DNA from: Octopus vulgaris | Taxonomy: Eukaryota | Assembly: GCA_951406725.2 (NCBI GenBank) | Contig: OX597816.1 | Span: 48,236,001-48,300,000 of the forward strand | DNA: 64,000 nucleotides | Direction: 5' to 3' | In this document: positions 10,978 to 22,863 of the stretch, in pieces | How the letters are laid out: each line of letters opens with the position of its first letter | Position numbering within the stretch: the first letter of the stretch is position 1 | Position numbers and translations under genes: made by a program | The notes under the pieces: model-generated | What the model was told of the DNA's origin: nothing | Seen by the model: only the letters and a program-made list of their open reading frames with translations | Database searches by the model: none

Positions 10978-12190
10978 AGAGTTAATATTTATCCCCACTT
11001 AAAGGTGGATGTTCTGTTAGAACAAAGTATACTGCGGTCGATACCATGAGAGAAACTCTCATATTGGCTTTTGGTACAATATGCACTCGTGTTTATTTCG
11101 CTAGTGGTGAGATAAATCCCTGTCATCTTCAGTGCTGAAACCACCAAACCACATGATTTTGACCTTACTGGCTCATTGCAACATGGCACTGTTTTTCTAT
11201 ATATTGCTGGTGCGGAGATGAGTTGCTGCTATCTCTAGTGGTTGAGCATCCATCCTTGATGAGACCAAGAAAGGTTGAAATCGTGTGATCTGGTAGTCTC
11301 AATGCTGGAGATGGTGATGATTTATTTCCCTGCTTATGATATAAACCAGAGTGCATTTTGCACCAAGAGTCAGTATGAGAACTTCTCTCATGGTATCTAC
11401 TGCAGTATAGTTTGTTCTTACAGAACATCCACATTTAAGTGGCAATAAATATCACCTCCTGGTATTAATACTGTATCTGTCACTAATATATATATTGTAA
11501 CAAGCTCATTAGCTAATTGCGACACCAGCGTCTGTTCTGGCACTGTTTTTCTATATATCATTGGCAGGGAAAGAATCGCTACTATCTCTAGTGGTCGAGC
11601 TTCCATCATTGACAAGAAGAAGGTCAAAATCACATGAACTGGTGGTCAGCGTTGGAGATGGCAGGGATTTATCTCCCTGCTGGCAATATAAACAAGAGTG
11701 CATTTTGTACCAAAAGCCTATATGAGAACTTCTCTCATGGTATCGACTGCAGTATAGTTTGTTCTTAGAGAACATCCACGTTTAAGTAGCAATAAATATC
11801 ACTCCCTGGTATTAATACTGTCTCTGTCACTAATATATATATTGGAACAAGCCCATGGGCTAATCACAACACCAGTGCCTGTTCTGATACTGATTTTCTA
11901 TGTATTGCTGGTGGGGAGATGAGCTGCTGCTATCTCTAGCAACTGAGTGTCTACCATTGATGAGACTAAGGAAGGTCAAAATCACATGACCTGATGGTCT
12001 CATAGCTAGAAATAGCAGGAATTTATCTTCCTGCTAGCGATATAAACAATTGTGCATTTTGCACCAAAAAACCAATCTGAGAGTTTCTCTCATGGGATCT
12101 ACCACAGTATAGTTTGTTCCAACAGACCATCCATGTTTAAGTGTGGATAAATATTAACTCTCGGTATTAATATTGTCTCTGTTGCTAATA
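10978..12190 (+). mobile_element. Retrozyme-like tandem array (~350-nt unit x ~3) with an inverted 5' arm
   Basis: Three diverged direct units (HHR-equivalent sites at 11290, 11639, 11991); 10978-~11176 is an inverted partial unit. Confidence 0.85.
11250..11296 (+). ncRNA. Type I hammerhead ribozyme motif (degenerate; copies at ~11603-11645 and ~11951-11997)
   Basis: TTGATGA-GACC(aagaaa)GGTT-GAAA-TCGTGTGA-TC-TGGTAG; the copies imply an ancestral YTGAYGA GACC..GGTC GAAA TCACGTGA TC, with helix I CCATCA/CTACCA vs TGGTGG/TGGTAG. Confidence 0.7.
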
Positions 12191-12499
12191 TAGAGAGTGT
12201 ATTTGTGTGTGTGTATGCCTGTAGAATGTGTGTGTATTTATGTGTCTGTGTTTGTTCTGCCACCATCACCTGACAACTGATGTTGGTGTGTTTACGCCCC
12301 CATAACTTAATGGTTTAGCAAAAGAGACTGATAGAATAAGTACTAGGCTTACAAAGGATAAGTTCTGGGGTCGATTTGTTCAACTAAAGGCAGTGCTCCC
12401 ACAGGGGGAGGTGGTCTCCATTTTTCCATACATGATCAGCTATACCCAATTTATCAATATCTCCACGCGTCACAGCTTTGCGATGTTCCTCTACCCTTA

Positions 12500-12645
12500 T
12501 TTTGAAAATACGTTAGGAATGCGAACCCAAGTTCGAAATTTCCCCAAGACACCTGATGAAGGCTGGAAGGTATATCAGCTGAAACGTTGTGTTAACAACA
12601 AACAAGATGAGGAGAAATATCCATCAAATGTAAATAATGTAAATG
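12500..12645 (+). mobile_element. Family H 3' module (hammerhead plus tail), preceded by an unrelated ~100-bp 5' segment
   Basis: AAAATACGTTAGGAATGCGAACCCAAGTTCGAAATTTCCCCAAGACACCTGATGAAGGCTG...CAGCTGAAACGTTGTGTTAAC... matches 17430-17570. Confidence 0.85.
12548..12593 (+). ncRNA. Minimal PLE-type type I hammerhead ribozyme motif
   Basis: GACAC-CTGATGA-A-GGCTG(loop)CAGCT-GAAA-CG-TT-GTGTT; helix I GACAC/GTGTT; palindromic AACGTT in place of helix III. Confidence 0.75.
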
Positions 12646-12683
<38 letters not shown>

Positions 12684-12684
<1 letters not shown>

Positions 12685-12844
12685 CACAGTAGTGGCTGTG
12701 TGGTAAGTAGCTTGCTTACCAACCACATGGTTCTGAGTTCATTCCCACTGCGTGGCACCTTGGGCAAGTGTCTTCTATTATAGCCTCGGGCCAACCAAAG
12801 CCTTGTGAGTGGATTTGGTAAACGGAAACTGAAAGAAGCCCGTC

Positions 12845-12898
<54 letters not shown>

Positions 12899-13111
12899 AT
12901 ATGTTTGTGTGTCTGTGTTTGTCCCCCCAACATCGCTTGACAACCGATGCTGGTGTGTTTACATCCCCATAACTTAGCAGTTCGGCAAAAGAGACCGTTA
13001 GAGTAAGTACTAGGCTCAGAAAGAATAAGTCCTGGGGTCGATTTGCTCGACTGAAGGTGGTGCTCCAGCATGGCCACAGTCAAATGACTGAAACAAAAGT
13101 GTAAAAGAGAA
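12684..13111 (+). mobile_element. SINE family A, full length
   Basis: Same consensus as other family A copies. Confidence 0.9.
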
Positions 13112-13477
13112 TACATTCTGCAATAAGCCCAAGAAACCTGGCAGTTAATATAATAAAGAGAAATGGAAGCAGGGATAATATTAGTGTTCTAAAAAGGGGC
13201 TGAATAACATTGGCTTTATTCTCTTTATTTTGTTTTCCTTTTTATTGAACCAATTCTCACCAATGTAGACCACTTGTTATCGCTATGATTTTTACAGTTT
13301 TGAGGTTGTTTATTGTGAGAAATTAATGGATATTTGATATGGCAGTAAGCAGTTTCTGGTTTAGACATTAAGAGTAGTGTTATGAAATCACTAACATATT
13401 ATATTGCTAAGTTTTGTATACAGCTGGCAACAGAGTAGGGGAGTGCGGGAGGTTCAATTGAAGACATATTTGTCTGT

Positions 13478-13520
13478 TTATTACTACTATTACTACTACT
13501 ACTACTATTCCTACTACTAC

Positions 13521-13581
<61 letters not shown>

Positions 13582-13582
13582 A

Positions 13583-13628
<46 letters not shown>

Positions 13629-13854
13629 TGAGAAATCAAAGTGCATGGACGTTTATGTTCATACAATGAATCATTGATATTTTGTTTGTTTGCTGCTGTT
13701 GGATCTGTACTGTTAATAACAAATGAATATGTCATTTATCTGATTTTATTAATATTGTTGAGTCAGACTCTTTTGATAAATAGGTGTTGTTTAGTTAAAG
13801 TATGAGCTATATTTATTATTATTGTTGTTGTCGTCATTATTATTACTACTACTA

Positions 13855-13885
<31 letters not shown>

Positions 13886-13937
13886 TATTATTATTATTAT
13901 CACTATTATTATTATTATTATCATCATTATCATCATC

Positions 13938-13989
<52 letters not shown>

Positions 13990-13990
13990 T
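13478..13990. repeat. Two (TAT/TAC/CAT)n trinucleotide microsatellite tracts (~13478-13629, ~13813-13988)
   Basis: Seen directly; source of the poly-Y/I/L ORFs. Confidence 0.95.
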
Positions 13991-15804
13991 TTATTTTGTT
14001 TATTTTTATTTATCAAAAATATTACAGTATACTTGTCTTACTTGTTCTCATTAGAATACCGTTTTGAAGTATAATTTCATATTATTTCTAGTATTGTATT
14101 CATAATATTCCTGTCAAAATATTTATTTCACAAATCTTCATGGTTATTATTGCTTATTTTAAACAGTTGATATTGTCTTGAGCAACTTAAACATGTTTTA
14201 GCTTTTGTTATTACTTTCTATGTTTTCCCCCTTCTTATTCTAGAGGAAACTACGTACATTTTTACATATTCCTGTTGGTATTACTTAATTTCTTTGATTC
14301 CACAGTCCAGCATCTGCTAGGAGCATATTTATGTAACCTATTGATGTTTAAACAAATATTGGCAGCTGCTGTTCATCATAAATGTAAGCTCCTGTTCAGA
14401 CAAGTCTGTGCTTGGTTTCTATTTCCAGTTATTATTTTATTTCGTACTGTTAGCCTTTCTGAACAGTATGGATGTCCTGTGAACATGTTTCCCACTACCC
14501 CATCACAGTAAATGTGAGGACTTGTGCCTTTGTAAGAAATCAATATTTCACTAAATCTTCACTAACATTTATCAGAAACTCTGCCAACACTTGAAGGAAT
14601 TAGTTACTATAATAATCCTACTCCAATTATAAAATGTTAAGCCAGCAAGTTTATATGGTGTTGGTAAATGTTAACAGTTAGAATAAGGCAATGATAATAT
14701 TGACTAAATTTATTGAATTAGAAGTATGAAGTGTTGCCGTTGAGAAATTCTGATACTGGAATCGACTGAATTTCTACAACTCTGCTTTATGATTATGATT
14801 GCTAATAAATCTAACAAATCTTGTGTAATTATATTAGTTCCAGAAGTTTACTTTATTTCTAAGGAATCTTATTGAAATTTTAAGAGAAATTCTAAAATAA
14901 AATCAAAAGTAAATAAATTTTGAGAATTGAAAAAAAAAAACCCCAAAAACAAATGGATATAATAATGAGATTAGATGGTCTCATTTATGGCAATTTTTTT
15001 TTTAAGGTGATTGCCATTGCCATCCATCAACTGTGACATATGATTCAGTTCTGATGTCTGATAACATTTCTGCAGAAGCTGAATGTATTATCTAGTGTTA
15101 AAAATAATGCGAATTTGAAGCTTTGAGAAATGATACCTGTTTATTTTTACACTGCTATTCTGGATACAGTAATTTTTTCAGCAGTTAGGTAGGAATTATA
15201 AAACCATGTGTTGTGCCAGAATGCAGTGTAAGAAGATTCCAAAATTTACTGAGAATACATTTGTAATTTTAATAACTCACTTGATTAGATTAAAGGCTAC
15301 GTTGTTGCAAGGAAGCACATGTTGATGCAAAATTTCAATCAAAATGCATGGAGGGTGCAGTGTATGAGGGGTATATGAATGAGGGGAGCAATAAGTAATG
15401 GAAGAAGGGAAGAAAGAAGAGAAAGAAATGATATAGTAGTTTTAGCTTAATCACAGAATTCAATAATGGACTTGGCATTTGAAGAGAAGAGAAATTGGAG
15501 GGGAGAGGATGAGGAAATAGTTTTGGTCATGGGGGGGCAAAAGAAAGTATGTATGATTAGTAAAGCAAAGTTTAAGCATGGTTAGTGGTTTTATGGTCAA
15601 AAGGCATAAATTGGTACAAGAAAAAGAACAAGAAAAAAGAAACGAATGAAGTGGTGAAGGTGTATGCTGGCGTATGTATTTGTATGTTTATGGGTGGAGG
15701 GGATTGGAGGGGCAGGGAGTAGAAATATAAGGAGAGAAGAATATTTTAGGTAAGTAAGTAAAAATATGGATAGAAAATTGTAATTGACGATTAAGGAATT
15801 AGAA

Positions 15805-15866
15805 GGGCATATGGCATAGTGGTTAAGAGCGTGGGCTACTAACCCAAGATTCCGAGTTCGATTCTA
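15805..15866 (+). mobile_element. Isolated tRNA-like head of family H
   Basis: GGGCATATGGCATAGTGGTTAAGAGCGTGGGCTACTAACCCAAGATTCCGAGTTCGATTC, nearly identical to 17310-17370; Pol III A and B boxes. Confidence 0.75.
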
Positions 15867-16218
15867 AGCGATGGTGGTGGTACTGGTGATGGTGATGGTT
15901 GAAAACAATCAACAGAGAGAGAGAGAGAGAGAAAGAAAGAAGTTACACAGAAAAAGACAATTGTACTGACCTCACTGGAATGGGAAGATAAAAATGTTGT
16001 TTATCATGAAGCTTTGCAATAAGTTCCAAGTCCACAAATTAAATCATTGTTTTGACAAAAATTGTTCATTGCTTGAAAATATTTGTCAAATTTAATAAAA
16101 TTTAATATGTACTCAATGCCTGAAGTGTCATTATTGGGCTCAAGACCCAATGAAGAGCCCTCCACAGGAGCTAGCTTAAAAGCCACCTGATAGGGTAGCT
16201 TTTAAGCTAGTATATGTG

Positions 16219-16268
<50 letters not shown>

Positions 16269-16293
16269 GTGTATATATATATATATATATATA

Positions 16294-16854
16294 CTAGCAG
16301 CTAAGCCCAGTTTCATCCGGTTGGTTTGGATGATGTGGCTGTAAAACCTGCTCTGTGTAAGCATTCGACTTGTTTGGGCACGCTTACGTTAAAAAACAAT
16401 TTTAGAATGACTTTTTTTCTGTTAAAGTGCTAAAAGTAACTGACCAACAAAAAAAAAGACCAACGACGATTCAACCAAATCAAAAGATAAACCCAAATAC
16501 TAAATGAACAAAGATGAACCATCCCACTTCCATTAATGCACACACACACACACGCATGCACATACACACACACAAACACGCACACTCACATTCACATAAC
16601 CTCCTTTTACATACACACACATATATTCACACAGAGTTGAAACGCTCACCCCTTCCTTTCTCATTCATAAACACAAGAGTATTATTGTAGTAGATTATCT
16701 CGGTCACCATGGGAGCTATGAAAAATAGAAACCCCAGCATCACCACTGGATCATTCTACACATCTGTGTAATTTTTTGTGCAATTCCACCCAGCCGTTTG
16801 ACAGTGAATCCCAAGACAAGACAGAATCGCCTACGTCAAATTTATATGTATAGA
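16294..16854 (-). mobile_element. Non-autonomous Helitron-like element
   Basis: On the minus strand it starts TCTATACATATAAA and ends in a GC hairpin plus CTAG (plus strand ACTAGCAGCTAAGCCCAGTTTCATCCGG). Confidence 0.6.
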
Positions 16855-17123
16855 TATAATATTTTATAATTATATACATAATTATAATAAGGGGTCAGCT
16901 TTATGCCCCACCATGCACCATAAGAAATAGATGCTAAAGTCCATTTTACTAACTTAAAATCTCTGAGAATAACACACTTTATTGTAGGCAAGCAAAAGAA
17001 AAATAATGAATCAATAACACTGATTAACTATGGAAGTGTTTCGAACTTAGAGTAAAAAATAATTTTACTTACTGTTACTATTTTGCATAGTATTTTGTAT
17101 AAGTTCACAAGTATTTCAAAATA

Positions 17124-17594
17124 CATTAATTATATATGACGGATATTTGTCCTTCATTTTTTTTGGCTGATATACCTTCCAGCCTTTATCAGGTGTCTTG
17201 GAAAATTTTGAACCTGGGTTCTCGTTCCTAAGGTATTTTTCGATGTTGTTATTATTATTATTATTATTCAGGTCACTGCCTGGAATCGAACTCAGAATCT
17301 TGGGGTTATGGCATATGGCATAGTGGTTAAGAACGCGGGCTACTAACCCCAAGATTCTGAGTTCAATTCCAGGCAGTGACCGGAATAATAATAATAATAA
17401 TAATAATAATACCAACAACAACAACATTGAAAAATACCTTTGGAATGAGAACCCAGGTTTGAAATTTCCCTAAGACACCTGATGAAGGCTGGAGGGTATA
17501 TCAGCCGAAACGTTGTGTTAACAAACAAGACGAGGACACATCTCTGTCATATGTAAATAATGTAAATAATTCCTCATCTCTTAAATATAGAACT
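17124..17594 (+). mobile_element. Family H: tRNA-headed SINE-like element with a 3' hammerhead, full forward copy preceded by an inverted partial copy
   Basis: Forward 17310-17594: A box TGGCATAGTGG 17316-17326, B box 17359-17370, (AAT)n, HHR, tail. Inverted copy 17124-17308. TSD GTATTTCAAAATA at 17111-17123 and 17595-17607. Confidence 0.88.
17474..17519 (+). ncRNA. Minimal PLE-type type I hammerhead ribozyme motif (intact core)
   Basis: GACAC(17474-78) CTGATGA(17479-85) A GGCTG-gagggtatat-CAGCC GAAA(17507-10) CGTT GTGTT(17515-19). Confidence 0.82.
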
Positions 17595-17853
17595 GTATTT
17601 CAAAATATTAGTTTAACACTTGGGAAGTCAGAAAGTCTGTTACGTTTCAAGCCTACGCTCTTTGACAGAAAGGAACACAGAAATAAAGAGGGAGAGAAAA
17701 TAGAAAAAAAGGTTTAGATCTATCATGGCGAAAGCTGGATATGTAATTATATATATATATGTATGTGTTTATATATATGTATGTATATGTATGTTTATAT
17801 ATATGTGTGTGTATATATATATGTATGTATGTATATGTATATGCATATATGAA

Positions 17854-17900
<47 letters not shown>

Positions 17901-17935
17901 GCATACATATATAGATATATATATGTGTGTGTGTA

Positions 17936-17973
<38 letters not shown>

Positions 17974-18245
17974 TGTTGTTAAAGATTGCAACTTGAAAGA
18001 TCATGGTATTGAAAGCTAGTAAGCTTTAAGCATGTTTGCAACTAGTATTGATGACAAAGAGTGGACTATGTACATTAAAAAGAGTTTAATAAACTGTGTT
18101 ATGTCCCATATAAAAATCAATGAAAATTTCAATAAGTTGACAGTTACTATACAACTTGGAGTTTAGCTGTGAAATTTGCCAAATATGCAACATATATGAA
18201 AGATATGTAGTCTTTATTTACTGTTTCCATTCCTTACGTTCTTGG

Positions 18246-18303
<58 letters not shown>

Positions 18304-18791
18304 ATCATATTTATGTATGTATCTCTGTGTGTTTTTGTGTCTCCTTGTCTTGTTGTGACATGATAGTTGTTCATATGTGTCATCATCATTTCAGTGGCGT
18401 TCTTCATCGTCGTTGTTGTCATCATCATCATCGTTTAACGTTTGCCTTCCATGCTGGCATGGATGTAACGGTTTGACAAGAGCCGGCCAGGCAGAAACCT
18501 GCACCTGACCTCTGTGAATGTTTTGGCAGGATTTTTTACAGCTGGATGCCGTTACTAACACCAATCACTCAGCTGAGTAGACTTAGTGCTTTTTATGTGG
18601 CATAAACACATGCAAGGTCAGTTTTGGAGAGGTTTTTACAGCTGGATACCCTTCCAGACACCAACCACTTTACAGTGTGGCACCTGCATTGACAGGGTTA
18701 CCAGGTACTTGGAAGACAAAAAAAATCTCTTTGAGTGGGGATGGGACATTAGAGGAGGTGATCAGAGGATGAAAGCTTATAGTGAAGTAGA

Positions 18792-19020
18792 GAGACAGAA
18801 ACAGGTGTCTTGCTGTAGAAGAAGTACAAGGTTATCTTGCCGGTGAGGGAGGGAGGGAGAGAGCGAGAGATAGGTAGATAGATAGATTAGGAATGAAGAC
18901 AGAAACAGGTGTCTTGTTGTAGAAGTACAAGGTTATCTTGCCGGTGAGGGAGGGAGAGAGAGAGAGAGAGAGAGATTGGTAGATAGATAGATAGATCAGG
19001 AATGAAGATGGAAACAGGTG
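18792..19020. repeat. ~105-115-bp tandem duplication (2+ copies) with GA/GATA microsatellites
   Basis: AGACAGAAACAGGTGTCTTG...AGTACAAGGTTATCTTGCCGGTGAGGGAGGGAG...AGGAATGAAGA repeated. Confidence 0.8.
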
Positions 19021-19897
19021 TGCCGCAGCAAAAGAAATACATGGTTATCCAACCTGAGAAAAGTGCAGGAGAAGGTGAGAGAGAGTGAGAGACAGCAGGA
19101 TAGAGATGGTGGCAAAGTATTGGGCATACTCACAAGGGACAAGGATCAGAATATAAATGGGATGTTTGAGTAATGGAAGAGATGGTTTCAGTATCTTGCG
19201 TGAGCATATCCTTCCATTTGGAGATGTTACGTTGCTTGGAAGTAAGTGAGGACTGGTGACACAAAGAACGTCAGGCTGTAAAAAAATCTGCCTCACTAGA
19301 TTCTATCTGACTCGTGCAAGCATAGAAAATTCAATGTATAAAAGATGATAATAATGGTGTTGCTGATAATATGTGTGTGTGTGTGAATGTTAGCATTTCA
19401 TGGCTTCATCTGTCACTGTCTAAAAAAAACAAACAAAAAAACACTGGCTTGATGTTTACATTCCTTGTTGATATTACAATCTGTTGATATACATTTTCAA
19501 AAGCCATCATCATCATAATCATTTAATGTCTGTTTTCCATACTGGCATGGGTTGGACAGTTTCACAGGAACTGGCAAGCTAGAAGACTGTGCCAGGCTCT
19601 GCTCTCTGCTTTGGTACGGTTTTTGCAGCAGGATGCCATTCCTAATACAATAAAAACAAAAAAAAATCCCTTACTTGATAAGACTAGCAATAGGAATGTT
19701 ATCCAAGGGAAGAATAAAGGCTGATACAGCTTGGCACAAATGACACTGCAACTCATTTCTACAGCTGAGTGAACTGGAGCAACATGAAATAAAGTGTCTT
19801 GCTTAGGAACGCAGCATGCAGCCCAGTCCAGGAATTGAACTCACTACCTCATGTTTGTCAGCCTGATGCTCTAACCACTGAGCTATGAGCTTTCCTA

Positions 19898-19950
<53 letters not shown>

Positions 19951-19952
<2 letters not shown>

Positions 19953-20370
19953 TCTTTACTCTTTTTACTCTTTTACTTGTTTCAGTAATTTGACTGTGGC
20001 CATGCTGGAGCACCGCCTTTAGTCGAGCAAATCGACCCCAGGACTTATTCTTTGTAAGCCTAGTACTTATTCTGTTGGTCTCTTTTGCTGAACCGCTAAA
20101 TTACGGGGATGTAAACACACCAGCATCGGTTGTCAAGCAATGTTGGGGGGACAAACACAGACACACAAACATATACACACACACACATATATATATATAT
20201 GCATATATACAACAGGCTTCTTTCAGTTTTCATCTACCAAATCCATTCACAAGGCTTTGGTTGGCCCGAGGCTATAATAGAAGACACTTGCCCAAGGTGC
20301 CACGCAGTGGGACTGAACCCAGAACCATGTGGTTCATAAATAAGCCACTTATCACACAGCCACTCCTACG

Positions 20371-20372
<2 letters not shown>
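19951..20372 (-). mobile_element. SINE family A, full length, minus strand
   Basis: Reverse complement of the family A consensus. Confidence 0.9.
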
Positions 20373-20414
<42 letters not shown>

Positions 20415-22351
20415 AAACTTCTCTCAGACTCTCTCTATCAAATTCACTCGCAAGGCTTTGGTTGGCTTGGGTCTATAGTAGACAGCACTTGTCCATTGTG
20501 CCAAGTGATGAGACTGAACCCAGGACCATATGGTTGTGAAGCAAGTTACTTAACCACACAGCTATGCCTGCACTTACATAACCACTTTTGTACTTTCACA
20601 TCTGCTCCTGATGAAACTAAATACCATAAAGTACTTAGCGTGGCTTTCTATCTTTGCGAACATCTCTAATTCCACTTTAGTTTAGATGTGATCTTGGAAC
20701 ATATTTTCCTTGGAGATTTGGTTAAAAAAAACAAACAAAAAAAACCCCACAAAGCAATAAATAAAGCACTAAAAGATTTATCATTTCCTATGAATGTTAC
20801 ATTAAAAATGTTATTGTCGAAAAGCTTTATGGTCGAGGACGTGGGTTCATATTGTTAATACTTCGACATGTTTTGTGGCTTTGAACATTTCTTTGTGTTT
20901 TTGGCCAGACCTGTCATAGTCTCTCATCTTATTCTGAGCTTCACTTGTCATTTTTTTTTTTTGTTCTCCTTTTCTCATTCACTTATTGATATACAAGTGA
21001 AATCGATGCAAGTATAGGAATTATGAACAATGTACATATATAAGTACAAGACTTATGAACTAATACAGTATGTAAAAGGATTAACTTATTTGATATTGAT
21101 TATCACATTTGTTTTTTGTTGCTTTTTACTTCTCTTTCTTTTTTCAGTTTAGTTCATGTTATATCTATTGTAGTTAGATTTTTTATTAAGTGTTATACTG
21201 TGCTTTCTAGTATGTTCTTTAAGAATCTTTTTATCTTTTGCTTGTTTCGGTCATTGAAGTTTCCTTCATTGAAGTGGGGCCATGCAAGGGCACTGTCTTT
21301 GAAAGCATTTATAGTCGAACAAATTGACCCCAGTGATTATTTTTTTCTATTTATTGTTTTAAGTCTGATACTTATTCTATTATTCCTTTTTGCTGAACTG
21401 CTAAGTTGCAGGGACAACACCAAACCAACACTGGTTGTCAAGTGGTTAGGGGACAGACACTAACAGAAAGGATCATACACATGCACAGCAAGCTTCCTTC
21501 AGTTTCCATCCACTAAATCCCCTCACAAGGGGATTAAAAACTGGCACTTATTCTTTTGGTATCTTTTGCCAAACTGCCACTTATTCCATCGGTGGAATAT
21601 GTACTAGTCTTTAAAAACAAATAAGTACTGGGGTCAAATTCATTCAACTAAAAATCCTTCAAGGTGGTGCCCCAGCATGGCCACACTCTAATGACTGAAA
21701 CATGTAAAAGGAAAAAGTAAAAGATATGTAAATAATTATCATCATCATCGTTTTAATGTTCACGTTTGCATGCTTCCATGGATTGGATGATAGGTTTTTG
21801 TAGGGACTATAATGTAAGATTCTTGCCCAAGATGCCACGCAATGGGACTGAACTCAAATCAAAATGATTGGGAAGGAAGTTCCTTACCACACTGCCACAC
21901 ACTTTTCTTTCATTTACTTTACTGAATGTTCATTCATGAAAGAATATACATACACACAAATATTTGTAGTTGAACACACGAATATGTGTGTGCATAAATA
22001 AATAAATATATTTATATAAACATGTACCATGTGAATGATAATTTTATTTTCCATATATTTGTTTGAAGTATCACTGAATAATACCAAAATAAAATTACAT
22101 CTGTGACAACAAAACCCAAGTAACGTTTAAATGCACAAAATGCTTTCTTCCCTTGTCTGTTGGTGATTTGGTTAGGGGCTCCAGTACATATCTATCTTTT
22201 GGTAGCGGTGCAGTTTCTCTCTCTCTCAATCTTTTTTTTTTTTTTTTGCACCATATATTTGGTTCTCATCCCCTCTTTCTCTAGGGATTTTTTCAGTCAT
22301 TTGCCCTAGCTACACTAGACAATTTAATCTTGCTCTACCATACATCTTATC

Positions 22352-22672
22352 TACGAGGGTGAGTCAGAAAGTAATGCCATTTTGTTTAGGACAGGTATAA
22401 TTACCAACACAGAACATGTATCATACATCAAAATGAAACTGGTCCTCTGTGTATCATATCCCTACTCCTCAATGTAGTCACCGTTTCTCTCAATAGCAAT
22501 GTTCCACCTTCGAATGCAAGCATGTATCCCTACCCTGTAAAATTCTGTTGACTGTTCTTTGAGCCACTTCTTCACTACAGTTTTCACTTCCTCATCACTA
22601 GACTATCATAGTCACTGGACCATAATCACTTCGGCCTAATGAAAGAGGGTTTGAGAGGCAAACATTATTCCA
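22352..22672 (-). mobile_element. mariner 3' fragment with one TIR and a small internal inversion
   Basis: TA+CGAGGGTGAGTCAGAAAGTAAT TIR; minus strand reads SDEEVKTVVKKWLKEQSTEFYRVGIHACIRRWNIAIERNGDYIEE; the preceding codons HFGLMKEGLRGKHYS lie on the plus strand at ~22627-22672. Confidence 0.8.
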
Positions 22673-22673
22673 G

Positions 22674-22863
22674 TAAAATTTATAAATTATACATTATAAA
22701 CATGAATTAGTATACATCAATCATGTAAAATCAAGTATATGTCAAATACGGAACGTGAGATATAAGATTAAACATCAGAATAAAAATGTTTTTGACATAC
22801 TTGATTTTATATGATTGATATATATACTAATTCATATTTATAATGTATAATTTATAAATTTTA
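22674..22863. repeat. AT-rich imperfect inverted repeat (~73-bp arms, ~44-bp spacer)
   Basis: 22674-22746 vs 22791-22863 are reverse complements with few mismatches. Confidence 0.8.

Noticed and set aside
17310-17381. Possible tRNA gene (also 15805-15866, 50236-50295)
   Set aside because: A/B boxes are present but there is no proper acceptor stem; these are SINE heads
20608-20665. CTGATGA...CGAAAC motif pair
   Set aside because: No convincing helix II or I pairing; likely chance
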